Positions 1 through 13,877 of a stretch of 64,000 bases of DNA are shown piece by piece. Below the pieces are notes generated by a model that searched no databases, had not been told where the DNA came from, and saw only the letters and a list, made by a program, of their open reading frames with translations. How positions within the stretch are numbered: the stretch's first letter is position 1; the number at the start of each line of letters is the position of its first letter. Source of the DNA: Eledone cirrhosa (Eukaryota); NCBI GenBank assembly GCA_964016885.1, contig OZ024759.1:29078001-29142000 (forward strand). Reading direction: 5' to 3'. Both the position numbers and the translations under genes were made by a program.

Positions 1-134
1 ATATATATATATATTTATATATGTGTGTGTGTGTTCCATCATTGTAGTGAGGCAGATGAAGTCACCTGCTATTATTTGTTTGTTGCTGTTCTTTTTATAT
101 TTGTCTAGGTGAGTTTCTTTCTTTACCCACTGTT

Positions 135-204
<70 letters not shown>

Positions 205-299
205 GAATTCTCTACCATATTGTTGCCATATCGATAATAGAGATAAATCTAATTTACTTTGGTTCCAAAATCTCCCTGTGTATGTATCTAAATGTGCGC

Positions 300-364
<65 letters not shown>

Positions 365-487
365 GTAAAAAGAGTCAGGGCCCCAGCAGCTGAGCTCTGG
401 CCGTTTCGACAGCTAGATCCGAACTAACCAATTATCGAGTACTCTGGTGCCTCATGGTCCACCTGGTATCTTACCACGCCTTCTTTG

Positions 488-527
<40 letters not shown>

Positions 528-740
528 GTACATATATATTTATTAAAATAACAGATTAAAGTTTAAGCAAAGAATCGCTGCTTTCACCCTTAACGGGATC
601 TACTGAAACTCTTTGGATTTTGGTCTTCACATTTATTATTACTATATATAGATGCGTGTGTGTGTGTAAACAGAAACAACAAACCAAATGGCACTGTAGA
701 ATGAAGGAATGTATTATTTTCACGTTCGATGTAGTAAGAA

Positions 741-780
741 AGGAGTCTTAACGTTTCAGATACTTGTCCTTCATCGGATA
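741..780 (-). ncRNA. Degenerate minimal hammerhead motif, family A
   Basis: Minus strand reads tatCCGATGAaggacaagtatctGAAAcgTTAagactc; homologous, including flanks, to copies at about 40020 and 43780. Confidence 0.5.
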
Positions 781-1825
781 ATAGTATGAGAAATATAACA
801 TGAAATAGAAAGATGAGTGAGAAGAGGAACAAACAGAAAAAATACATACATATTCAATAAGGCCATTGATTGCCTTAACCCGTAAATGGAAGCACCCAGA
901 ATACACCAACCCCACAAACAGCATTCCAGATTTTTGAAACCAGCCCTGGTCTACAGCGGCCACCAAATGTTGAAGACAGACATTATCAAACTGCAGCTGA
1001 CATATTGTGTCGTTTCTGTATAATATATACTTGGTTTGCTATAATTAGTTAAAAGACCCCTAATCCTTTATCATTTACTATTGTATTTTCACAGTAAAGG
1101 CATTACCTCGCCTATGAGATTTTGAAATTATTTATTTTGAGAACAATACCTTAACATAAGTATGAGAGGCCCAGTTATGTTGGTTTGAACAGAAAAAGGT
1201 GAGATAATTCTGGCCAGTTTAAATGCTAATGGGTTAATGGGGTTAAAATGGAAAAAAATGAAATCTGTAGCCCATATCTAGGAAGGTTTAGCTAGATTCT
1301 TATTTCATAGGTTTCTTGAGTGTTTTCTTCTCGTTTAATTCTATAAGAATCAGTTCAGTTGGGTGAAGTGGGGGAACCTGTACCAGGTAGTGAGGGTTGC
1401 ACCAAATAAATCTTGGAAATAAATACAACCTAAAATGTTTTAGTTATGTAAATAGAAGTGTAGTAGTGTGGTGTGGTGCAGTATGTGGAATATGTGTTGC
1501 TCAGTTCAGGAATTACACCTGTGACCTTATGGTTGAACCCAACAGACTAACCACTCTATTAGCACGCTAGATATTTTTATGAATTACTTCCCTTGTCACT
1601 GCATTATATATTAAGGGGAAATTACTTTATTGATGCCTTATGTTGTCTAGAGCGTGTTAAAGGTTAAACACCCCCAAAACACCTCCTTGTAGCAGGCCAG
1701 TTAAACCCACATAACTGAACTGTAAATTTGCATTTTATCAAGGACTACATTATCCAATACTTCCCCTTTCCGCGTTTTTTTTCAATCCTGAAGATTTTTA
1801 AAGGCAAACTGTATGATTTGTATGT

Positions 1826-2105
1826 GGAGGTGCGTGACCTAGTGTTAAGGGTATGGATTTATGATCATAATGTCGTGGGTTCAATTCCTGGACTGGGTTG
1901 TGTGTTGTGTTCTTGAGTAACACACTTCATTTCATGTTGCTCCATTATACTCAGTGGAAAATGAGTACCAGTAGTAGCTGGGAATTTAACCATGTGATGG
2001 ACTGGTGTCCTGTACAGGGGGAGTATCGTACTCAGTCCCCTTAATGCCACGGAAACCCGGATAAACACTGGCTGATGAGCCTTCAGGTTCAAGATAGACT
2101 TTAAG
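1826..2105 (+). mobile_element. tRNA-derived SINE (diverged)
   Basis: A/B-box-like head (cctagtgttaagg...ggttcaattcctgg) followed by a ttcttgagtaacacacttcatttcatgttgctcc body shared with other SINE copies. Confidence 0.7.
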
Positions 2106-2206
2106 ACTTTAGTATGAATCTGTAGCTGGTGCTAGTGTCGGTGCTGTGAGTCGAGACTGGAGATAAATAAATAAATAATGGTTTCTAATTTAGGCATAAG
2201 GTTGAG

Positions 2207-2400
2207 TTACAGGACATAAATGCTACCAGCTGCCCAAATGGTGTCACTGCAAAGACATGGTTTTCCCCTCAAAATGAAAAGCAGACTGTATGATGCATGT
2301 ATACGAACAACAATGTTGCACAGCAGCGAGGCCTGGGAACTGTGTGCTGAGGACCTGCGAAGATTGGAAAGAAATGAAGCCTCCATGTTTCGTTGGATGA
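2207..2400 (+). mobile_element. RTE-clade LINE reverse transcriptase C-terminal fragment
   Basis: Translates FPLKMKSRLYDACIRTTMLHSSEAW...EDLRRLERNEASMFRWM; homologous fragment on the minus strand at about 33250-33360. Confidence 0.75.
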
Positions 2401-2730
2401 CTTTGCCTTTCATCCTTACGGGGTCGATAAAATAAAGTACCAGTAATGCACTGGGTAATTGCTGGCCTTGTGCCTAAAGTAGAAACAAGTATGATTTGTA
2501 GGTGATTTAGCTGCTTCTTTTAATAGGTGAACAACCTAGTAGGTCTATGCTCCCTCCCACATTTGGCTCATTTCATAGATTGTAGTGGAATCTTAGAATC
2601 TGGTATCTGGCAGTTATTGTAGCTTGTTGCAGAATGATGGCAGGAGTATGTAGCTACCTAAGAACATAATTTGTTCAGTTTTCTATTAAATATCTTCTTA
2701 CTAAAGTTTGTGTGTGTATGAATATATGCA

Positions 2731-2771
<41 letters not shown>

Positions 2772-2824
2772 GCATATATTCATACACCACCACCACCCCA
2801 CCAACATCACCGCAACTGAACAAG

Positions 2825-2866
<42 letters not shown>

Positions 2867-2961
2867 CGATCTTGTTCAGTTGTGGTGGTGGTGGTGGTGG
2901 TGGTAGTAGTGGTGAGTGTGACCAAGTTACTAGAGGACAATGACCTGAAGAAATGTTATGG

Positions 2962-3065
<104 letters not shown>

Positions 3066-3556
3066 TAGTAACTTGGTCACACTCACCACTACCACCACCC
3101 CACCAACATCACCACAACTGAACAAGATCGATTTCTTCCCGAGAGAGAGAGAATTGATATCAGTATTTGACTTTATTTATCAGCCACAAAAGGGTGAAAG
3201 GCAAAGTTGACTTCAGTGGAATTTGAACACAGGGGGCGCTGAAGCAAATGATGTGAAGCATTCTATCTGCCATTCTAAACACCTCTGCCAACTCACTGCT
3301 TATATATATATACTGGGAAAGCATACAGATGTATAAGACTACATATTATGCACACATGCACATTATGTATACATACACATGCACACAAACATGCATAATA
3401 TCTATATGTACACATAACACATACACACATGCAGTTATATACACAAACATTTATGCACACAAACATTCATGCAAACATACCTGCACACACACACAGCTTC
3501 ATTTTATGGAATGTATTCCCTGGGGGGGATGGACTTACATATACATATATAAATAC

Positions 3557-3587
<31 letters not shown>

Positions 3588-3639
3588 TATGAAATACTGT
3601 TGGCCTCACGCTCACTATAATTTCTATACTTTCATTTAT

Positions 3640-3771
<132 letters not shown>

Positions 3772-4118
3772 TTTAGTTATGTAAACTTCAGATGACAAGA
3801 ATAATTAATCCCAATATAGAGTCTTACAAGGAATTTGGTAGAGATTATGTATGTGTGGGTATGTTTCTGTGTGTGTATGTTTGTTAATTAGTTTTGTGTG
3901 TAAATGTGTTTATTAATTGGTATTGTGGTGTGAGTGAGTGTGTGTGTGTGAGAGCATGTGCCAGATACAAATCTCTCCTTCATACATCATACAAAGCAGC
4001 TGTACAAGAAAGCTCATTAAAAAAAAAAAAAATTAAACTTCACAAATTTATATACATACATATACATATATGTGTGTGTGTGTAAACGCATACATACATG
4101 CACACATATGTGTGTGTG

Positions 4119-4156
<38 letters not shown>

Positions 4157-4373
4157 TCACACTCGTTCAGCGCATCGGTAGGGGTTCTCCTACATGGATA
4201 TAAAGTAGTGGCCGTACTCGAAAACGAGTTGGCAGCCACAATATATATATATATATACATACACATCTTTTTTTATTCTACATGGGTTTCAATAATGAAA
4301 AGCAATCCATAAGTAACGTTAAGTAATCATAACAACACATTGGGATTCCCAGCATCCTGTAAGTGCATATCTC

Positions 4374-5215
4374 ATCATCATCACCGTTTTATGTCCGTTC
4401 TTCCATGCTAGCATGGGTTAGACAGGTTGTCCTATTGTGGGCCGTGTCTGGTCGGCTGACCATGCCTTGCTCATACAGAAACTGATTTTGGCTTGATTTC
4501 TACAGCTGGATCCCCTTCCTAACACCAACCTCATTTACAGTGAGTGCTGGGTGCCTTTTTACCGTGGCGCCTACACGACCACTTTACAGTGTGGGCTGGG
4601 TGCTTTTTTGCCGTGGGAGGGTGTGGGGGCATATTGTCTATATGCTTCAGCTTGTACCCATGGGAGGTCGGGTACTCTGTATTACTGCGTGACGCCAGAG
4701 GTCACGGTCGTGTGTCATCGCCTTTGAGAGGTGTAATTGGGTAAGGTCGGCTTTTATCACCTCATCCCAGGTCTTCTTGGGTCTCCCCACTCCGCGGTTT
4801 CCATTGACTTCTAGTGCTCTATAAATCTTTGTATGTGTATATCTTCACCCATACCCACTTATTCCTGGGAGAGTGGCGGTGGTGGTGGTGGCAGTCTTCA
4901 ATTGATCCGAATGGATTCCCAAACGAGACCAGCCAAACTCATGGATGTTGTCCAACCATCTTGCTCAGGATCTACTCCTCAGTCTCATGCTGGTTGGTTT
5001 TAGTCATAAAATATCCCTAACAATTCTTTCTTGAGACATTCTAACCACATGTCCCTAATATCTGACCTGTGGTCACAATTTGGAGAAGTAGTGGTTCTAC
5101 CTGGAGTGACTCTATGATATCTTAGTTATGCACTCTAGTGAATAAGGTTACCCCCAAAAACTCAACCCTTCTGAAGAATCACATTCGGCCGCTTGTAATT
5201 GCCATCAAGGCCTGT
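4374..5215 (-). mobile_element. Cluster: SINE family B 3' part plus two RTE LINE 3' fragments
   Basis: 4374-4615 matches the SINE B tail. 4640-4812 minus strand translates EVNGNRGVGRPKKTWDEVIKADL...DRDLWRHAV. 4895-5215 is homologous to the RTE fragment at 6290-6860. Confidence 0.7.
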
Positions 5216-5290
5216 ACAGTGCATCTTATATGTATTTATATATAACGTTAAAAAATGAAAGAATAAAGAAAACAAAGTGAGGTAATAATT

Positions 5291-5478
5291 AATTGTTTCT
5301 ACTTTAGGCACAAGGCCAGCAATTACCCAGTGCATTACTGGTACTTTATTTTATCGACCCCGTAAGGATGAAAGGCAAAGTCAACCTCGGCGGGATTTGA
5401 ACTCAGATCGTAAAGGGACGTAACTATGCTGGAAAGCATGGCGTCCGACCCTCTACCGATACTGCCAATCCACCACCC
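5291..5478 (-). mobile_element. tRNA-derived SINE family A (Meta-domain-like core gcctttcatccttacggggtcgataaaataaagtaccag)
   Basis: About 190 bp, near-identical to copies at 5813, 21609, 26587, 34305, 45251, 60358. Confidence 0.85.
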
Positions 5479-5587
5479 TGTGGGTAATAATTAATGGTTC
5501 TACAATTGTTTCAAAGAGCAAAGTATTGATGTGCAAACTAATAGTTTGCACACCACTGTGCTCTCAATTTCATATCTTGTAGAAAAC

Positions 5588-5662
<75 letters not shown>

Positions 5663-5812
5663 GGTGAGTAGGAATTATTTGAAAATGTCCTTTCCGCTCC
5701 AACTAATCATCGTGTTTCCCTCTGTTTTCCATGCTTGTATGAGTGTGAAGAGAAAGAACTCTCCAATACAGAATGAGCAGGTGTGTATGTGCATGGAGAG
5801 AGAAAGAACAAA

Positions 5813-6003
5813 TAATTGTTTCTACTTTTGGCACAAGGCCAGCAATTTTACCAGTGTATGACTGGTACTTTATTTTATCGACCCCATAAGGATGAAAGGC
5901 AAAGTTAACCTCGGCGGGATTTGAACTCAGACAATAAAGGGCCGTAACTCTTTGCTTGCAAAGCACGGCGTCCGACCCTCTGCCGATACTGCCAATCCAC
6001 CGC
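5813..6003 (-). mobile_element. SINE family A
   Basis: Same consensus as 5291-5478. Confidence 0.85.
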
Positions 6004-6224
6004 AGAGAAAGAACAAACAATAATGGCCCCTACACTTCTAGCCATCCCTCCCACAAACAATGAAAGGAAACTGTTGATAAAGCACTGTGGTGGAGGATGA
6101 TAGCCATGGCTGGGACATCTTTGATGATGAAAAAAGTCTTCTCAAATCATTCCTGACCTAGGGCTAAATACACCTTTTCTACACGCACATCATCATCACT
6201 ACTCCTATGTTTCTGTTAGATCCC

Positions 6225-6865
6225 CTACCAACACCACCATCACTGTGGAGGCAGAGTCCTCAAACACTCCTTCCAGTGGGTCCTGTCAGAAGCAACCGTT
6301 TCCAACTGATCTGGCTGGATCCCCAGGTGAGACCAGCCAAACTCATGAATGTTATCCAACCATCTTGCTCGGGGTCTACCCCTGGGTCTCTTGTCAGTTG
6401 GTTGGATTTTCACATAAATTCCGTCCAGCGATTCTTTCCTGAGACATTCTAACCACAGGCCCATAGTACTGGAGCTGCTATCTCTCAATTCAGAGAAGTA
6501 GTGGCTCTACCTGGAGCAACCCTCCAGCGATTCTTTCCTGGGACATTCTAACCACAGGCCCATAGTACTGGAGCTGCTATCTCTCAATTCAGAGAAGTAG
6601 TGGCTCTACCTGGAGCAACCCTCCAGCGATTCTTTCCTGGGACATTCTAACCACAGGCCCATAGTACTGGAGCTGCTATCTCTCAATTCAGAGAAGTAGT
6701 GGCTCTACCTGGAGCAACCCTCCAGCGATTCTTTCCTGGGACATTCTAACCACAGGCCCACAGTATCAGAGCTGTGATCTCTGAATTCGGTGAAGCAGCG
6801 ACTCTACCTGGAATGACTCTCTGATCTGCAAGCTACACACTCTATCATGTAACATTACTCCAAAG
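6225..6865 (-). mobile_element. RTE LINE 3' fragment containing a 99-bp internal tandem amplification (6424-6760)
   Basis: Minus-strand ORF KRPRGRPRARWLDNI...ASDRTHWK; repeat units start at 6424, 6523, 6622, 6721. Confidence 0.8.
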
Positions 6866-7179
6866 ACCTTTATAACAGTTGGATTATAAAGAGCCATAAA
6901 GACACACTATATTCTACTTATTCAATCCTCCCAAGCATTCCTGACCCAGGGCTAAACACTCCTTCCCTACACACATCATCATCATCATCACCATCATCAC
7001 TATATTTCTATCAGATCCTCACCACCACCACCATCACCACTGTTGTTATTACAGTTGTATTATAAAGAGCCATATAGACATTATATTCCCACTTACACAA
7101 TCCTCTTCATGCTCAATTAACATCTTATAACTTCTTATCTAGTCCTTCTTGGTCTATTTCCTCTTGGTGTTCTTATTGG

Positions 7180-7763
7180 TGGGGCTGGTGGTGGTGGTGA
7201 TGGCAGTAATAGTGGGGGTAGTGGTGCTGTTGGTGGTGATGGCAGCAGTAATAGTGGGGGTAGTGGTGTTGTTGGTGATGGCAGCAGTAATAGTGGGGGT
7301 AGTGGTGCTGTTGTTGGTGGTGGCAGCAGTAATAGTGGGGGTAGTGGTGCTGTTGTTGGTGGTGGCAGCAGTAATAGTGGGGGTAGTGGTGCTGTTGTTG
7401 GTGGGGGTAGTGGTGCTGTTGTTGGTGGTGGCAGCAATAATAGTGGGGGTAGTGGTGCTGTTGTTGGTGGGGGTAGTGGTGCTGTTGTTGGTGGTGGCAG
7501 CAATGATTATGATGGTGATAATGGTAGTGTTGTTATTGTTATTGGTGATGGCAGCAGTAATAGTAATGGTGGTGGGGGCAGTGATGCTGGTGGTGATGGT
7601 GTTATTAGTGGGGGGAGGGGTTATTGGTGATGGCAGTAGTGGTGCTATTGCTGGCGGTGGCGGCAGTGATGATGATGATGATAATGGTAGTGGTGGTAGT
7701 GATGATGTTAATAGTAGTTAGAGTCAGGGTTAGTAATGATGGTGATGATGTTCATGGTCATGG

Positions 7764-7799
<36 letters not shown>

Positions 7800-7800
7800 A
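7180..7800. repeat. GGT/GAT-rich low-complexity minisatellite (about 36-39-bp units)
   Basis: Repeated ggcagcagtaatagtgggggtagtggtgctgttgttggtggt; explains the spurious poly-V/P ORFs. Confidence 0.85.
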
Positions 7801-10800
7801 GCAGAGCAGAGAGAAGGGAAGAAATAGATGGATAAAGTGAAAGTTTTTCTTAATTAATTCCATCCTCAATATTGATAGGGTAATGGTAGCAGCAGCAGCA
7901 GCAGTAGTGGTGCTGCTGTATCTCTCACCCCCCCCCCCCTTCATCTATATATCTCCTATTCAATCTTATTCCCCCTCCAAGTCTCCAGACAGTCTAATAG
8001 ATTCCAGGTTTAACCCCCAACTCCCATTTTCTTGAGTTCCTCCTGCTGGTTTGTTAAGGAAAGAAGTCTGGATCTTTTCATCTTATCTATCTCTGGAACC
8101 ATACTCTACTCTACCCCCCCCCCCCCAAAAAAAATCCTCCCCCCCCATCCATTTCCAACACCACCCCTCACTCACAACACCATCAACCCCTACTACCACA
8201 ATAACAACCTCTTCTTCCTCCAACCATTTCCATCACTTCAAAGACAAAACAAAAAGGGGGCAGCAGGTATTAATGGAGACTTACTAGGACTTATATATAT
8301 TAAGGGCTTCTTTTAAAAAACAAATTGTGTGTGTATACATACATACATACATATATATATATATATACACATGCCCTAACCCTACACTATACACATATAT
8401 TAATGACCCTCGCTAGCTAAGTGCCTTAATCTGTATCTTGTATCTATTGTTATTAAGAATTGTCTGGAAATGGTTTGTAGTTTGTTATCTTTGTTGTTTT
8501 TTTATGTAGGGATGGGGTGGGGGTGGGGCAATGATCCCTACCCCACCCCCCTCTTCAATGTTCCACTGGCATCACCTTCAGCATTAACAGCAGCAACCAG
8601 ATCCCTGACTCAGCCTCTCACTAACTATTTATTGTTACACACTAACACACACACATACATACTTGTGGCTTAATGGTTAGAGCGTTGGATTGACAATCGT
8701 GAGGTTGTGAGTTCAATTCCCAAACCAGACAATGTGTTGTATCCTTGAGCATGACACTTTATTTCATGTTGCTCCAATTCACTCAACTAGAAATTAGTTG
8801 TGACATCACTGGTACCAAGCTGTATCAGCTTTTGCTTTTCCTTTGACATCATCACATATAGTGTGTATATATTGTATATATGACATGGAGAGGGGTGACT
8901 GCTATGCATCGCCGACAGTTAGTCTTTCACAAAATACCTTCCTCAGAAGGGAACTTTCTGTCATATGTTCCAGTACTTTACAAGGCGAGTACTGGACGTA
9001 TTTTATTATGGCACCAGCACTACAGAGGTTGTGCCCTTTGTAACACAACTAAGGAATCCTGTCAAAACCGTTTCTTTTGGCAAGTTTTGTATGTAGGGAT
9101 GCTCTTCCTAACACCAACCAACCACTTTTCAGAGTGGTATCCATGGGGGAAATTCATTTAAATGAATAGTGTCAAGAGGGGAATAGGGGTTCCCTATGAA
9201 AAGGTTTAGAACCACTGGTTTATGGGTGCGGTGGGATATGAACTTTGATCTCACATCCACATAGCATTTCCTGAATTTAGAGTGCTTAGGCACTTGGGAG
9301 CAAGGTCTTGCGGTGCCAGAGGAGAGTTTTTTCATAGTGACATCCATCATAGTTATCATCAGACAAAATATAATGATGATGATGATGGCAGTAGTGATGG
9401 TCTATATTAGAAGTAGAGAGCAAGTTCAAGAGATGGGTTGGGTAGGGTTTCTTATAAAAACCAGATTTTTCTAGCCTGTGCTTTTTTATTAAAAGAGGTG
9501 TCATCACTGCTATCCATCATTGTGGATGTCTAGAGGAATTGCCTGTGAGAAAGTAGAAACTCTGTTGGTAGTAAGGAATGACCTGAAGCTAAACAGAAAA
9601 CTCACACCATCAGCATCATCACCACCACCACCACCACCACCACCACTACCATCATCACAAACACCACCGCCATCATCACAAACACCACCACCATAATCAG
9701 TGTGTATAAACAGAGAACTGTTCTTATTTATGATAGACTGGAGAGCTCTTTGGCTTTGACACACATCATACCACATCACAGCACAACACATCACACCACA
9801 CTACAACACACACACACTACACCACATGACATTACACCACAACACACCATAAAACATTGAATTACAAGTGCAGTTCATCTTGTCTTATATTGTAAGTGGC
9901 TGAGTATTCCACAGACATGTGTACCCTTAATGTAATTCTCAGGGAGTTTAATTATGACTGCGTGACAAGACTTTGCCTTTGAAATATAGATACAATCCAT
10001 CCGACAGGCTTCTGAAATGTCTCCATCTGCCCAATGTCATTTACAAAGCACATCCTGAAGCTATGGTAAATAATGCCATACCCTTGGAATTGAACCCAAG
10101 ACCTTATGGTTGTAATGCTTCACTGGGAAAATTATACAGGGTGCAACAAAAGTAATCCTCTTTTTTTTATCTATTAATTTTATTGAACGAAAATAAATTA
10201 CAGTAGTTTAAGAATAATAAATAAAAAAGGGGGTATTACTGTTGCCCTATTCTGTATTACTAAATCACCCATCTAATGTTTTCATTGTTTTCAAAATTAT
10301 TTGAAAATTATAGACAATATTTTTCATTATAAATATGGTTATGAAAGGATTAAGCAGTATTTGTCAAGAGTTTCATAAATGTAAAGAGCCTTAAGAGAAA
10401 CTACAAACTTAAAGAGCCTGAAAAAAACTACAAACGTACAGAGCCTAAAGAGAAACTATAAACATAAAGGCCTGAAAGAAATTACAAATGTAAATGGCTC
10501 TGAGAGGCATTACAAACATACAAGGTCTTAAGAGAATCTACAAACACAAAGGGTCTGAAAGAAAGTATAAATAGGGTGACATCCATGTCATTATCACTGA
10601 TAGACAATCATATTACCTCTTAACAAAATATCAGTGCAGAACTAATGACCAAACTGGTGACAATCAGAAATGTTGATTTAAGTATGTTTTCTATGGTTTC
10701 TTTCTATGAAGAGTGTGTGTGTGTATGTGTCCCACAGGAGAAAAGGGAGACATTCTGTATTGTAGTACAAACACCAAAATCTCTAGGGGTGGGGAAAATA

Positions 10801-11019
10801 ATATAGATTCTGTACATATTAAAAACGTAGTTGTTGTTGTTGTGTATGTGTTGGTATAATGTCTATCTTCCTTACTAAATGTGTGTTGGTATAGTCTTTT
10901 ATCTTGTCATTAGTTTGTTGTATGAGAATGTGTTGTGTGTGTGTGTATCTTTTCTGATTATTCCCCCATGTTTATATCATACACACATGTGCATGTGTAT
11001 GTACTCTTCCTTCTTATCT

Positions 11020-11057
<38 letters not shown>

Positions 11058-11475
11058 CTTTATTGCCAGTCAATGCTGCATGTGACTCAGGGACAGAATG
11101 TGACATAGAAGGGGGTAACAAATTACCTACCACCACCACCAGAGTAGGGGAACTATAACATAAGAAGGTGGGTAAAGTACCCACCACCACTGACATCTAT
11201 AGGGTAAAGCCACAACAGTAGAGAAGGACCAAAGTTTGGTTTTAGTTGAAGAAGAGGTTTATTTCATTTTACATCCGCTTTTCCCTGCTTGCAAGGGTGG
11301 GACGGGTCCTCTTCAGCACAGCATCTTTTCATATTTCATGGTCCTTCGTCATCTCTTGTGAGCTTCAGTGATGTGATCTGAGGTCAGCTCTCACCAGCTC
11401 CGTCCATGTTTTCCGTGGTCTTCCTCTACTCTGTCTTCCTTCCACTGAGATTACCTATATATATATATATATATA

Positions 11476-11751
11476 TCATCATTTCATTTTACGTCCGCTT
11501 TTTCCCTGCTTGCAAGGGTGGGACGGGAACTGATTCTGGCTTGATTTCTACAGCTGGATGCCCTTCCTAACACCAACCTCATTTACAGTGAGTGCTGGGT
11601 ACTTTTTTACCTTGGCGCCTACACGACCACTTTACAGTGGAATGATATGGACCCCAGTCCTATCATCTTATTTCTACAGCTGAGTAAACTGGAGCAATGT
11701 GAAATAAAGTGACTTGCTCAAGGAAACAACACATCACCTGGTCTGAGAATT
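11476..11751 (-). mobile_element. SINE family B, head truncated
   Basis: Matches 19058-19345. Confidence 0.85.
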
Positions 11752-12253
11752 GATGTGTTGTTTCCTTGAGCAAGACATTTATATATATATATATATATAT
11801 ATGGTGGCTGCCAACTCGTTTTCGAGTACGGTCACTACTTTATATCCATGTAGGAGAACCCCTACCGATGCTCTGAACAAGTGTGACTTTTTAGTCCAGC
11901 CAGCGACTTGAAAACTCTGGTACAAACACTACACTTGTGACAATTATTGACACATAGTGCTAGGCCCATGGTACCATGTGATGACAAGTGCAGAGAGATC
12001 TCCAGATATAAAGCAATGCCTGTGCCGTGGAGCTTTTATAGTGAGCAAAGGCACTGCACAAAGCCAGTCCCACTCTCTTAACCAAGATGATATTTACCAA
12101 AAAGAAGAACAAGTCAACATCATTGGATACCATCAGGGTTGCAGGTGTTATATCAGAGTTTTCCTTCTAGAATTCTGCATTGACAAAGGCTAAGGGGTCT
12201 TCTCTCCCGGTGGTTTTGGATGGCCATTGACTCTTAAGAGCTCCTTTGCCCTT

Positions 12254-12325
<72 letters not shown>

Positions 12326-13339
12326 CACCCTTTATTTATCCTACTGCTGCTCCTACCACCACAATGGCTACTTCCTTCACCACTACTACCACCACCAACA
12401 CCATGACTACCTGGAATGTTACCACTACATCATGGCTTGTTGTTTGGGTTGTGTTCTTTGACATGTAAACTGTTGAGTATTTTTTGGTGGAGGGTGGTGA
12501 GGTGGTGATATAGTGGTTGTCAGTATTAGAGTTTTGGTGGTGGATGATGGTAATAGTAGTGATGCAGGGTTTGTTAGTGGTATGATGATGGTGGGGCGAT
12601 GCAGTGGTTGCTAGTGGTTTGACATGGGTACAGGGATGTCTTATTTCATAATTGTAATAGGGGTGTTGCTGGTGGCGCTAATGGTATGTAATGGCCTGTA
12701 ATACATGTTTGTGGTATATAGATATGTCTATGTGTGTGTATATATATATATATTGGTGTGTGTATATATATATATTGGTGTGTGTATATATATATATATG
12801 TTTGTGGTATATAGATATGTCTATGTGTGTGTGTGTGTATATATATATATTGGTGTGTGTATATATATGTTTGTGTGTGTATATATTGGCGTGTGAATAT
12901 ATGTGTGCATGACTGACTGTTGTTTTATTTCTCTGTCTCCCTTAACTTATTTTCCTGTTATCTTAGGGTAGGGGGTTCACTACCAATTTTCTGTTTATAC
13001 TAGCTTATATACCCCCCCCCCCGCCTAGTCTGTTCTCACATCACTATACACACAAATATATATGTACATACACATGCACATATATATGTATATATTTCAC
13101 ACACACACAAAGACACACACACACCAAGACACACACACACACACACACACACACCAAGACACACACACACACACCAAGACACACACACACACACACACCA
13201 AGACAGCCATTCTTCTCTCATGACATGCACTCTCACACACACATTGTTGTTGTTTGAATTATAATTATGTTGACTTAAAATTCTTTTAAAAGGTATTTCA
13301 TGGTTTGTCAAATACTCTCCCAGCTACTGACACCCTGGC

Positions 13340-13877
13340 ATCATCACCAGCTTCATCGTCATCGCCCCCTTTACCATCACCATTAACCCCTTCCTTCCAT
13401 TTCTCATTTCTCTCAGTGTCATCATCACCACCGTCGTCACCCTCATCATCACCACCGTCACCACCGTCACCCTCATCATCACCATCATCACCCTCATCAT
13501 CACCACTGTCACCCTCATCATCATCACCACCGTCGTCACCCTCATCATCACCACCACCGTCGTCATCCTTATCACCACCACCACCCTCATCATCACCACC
13601 GTCACCCGTCACCCTCATCATCACCACCGTCACCCGTCACCCTCATCATCACCACCGTCGTCACCCTCATCACCACCACCGCCACCCTCATCATCACCAC
13701 CGTCGTCACCTTCATCACCACCACCGCCACCCTCATCATCACCATCACCACCGCCACCCTCATCATCACCACCACCCTCATCATCACCACCATCACCCTC
13801 ATCATCACCACCGTCATCATCATCATCACCACCGTCACCCTCATCATCACCACCACCGCCACCCTCATCATCACCAC
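13340..13877. repeat. CAT/CAC/CGT trinucleotide-derived minisatellite
   Basis: Repeated caccctcatcatcaccaccgtc units. Confidence 0.9.

Noticed and set aside
385-460. Minus-strand CATGAggca...tgtcGAAAcggcc hammerhead-like remnant
   Set aside because: The CUGA core is missing and stem I is unclear; may be a decayed member but cannot be supported.
2072-2100. CTGATGAGCC-ttca-GGTTC hairpin as a hammerhead
   Set aside because: No GAAA after stem II; part of a SINE 3' region.
7135-7827. Hydrophobic or proline-rich ORFs (also 13298-13919)
   Set aside because: Trinucleotide-derived low-complexity repeats.
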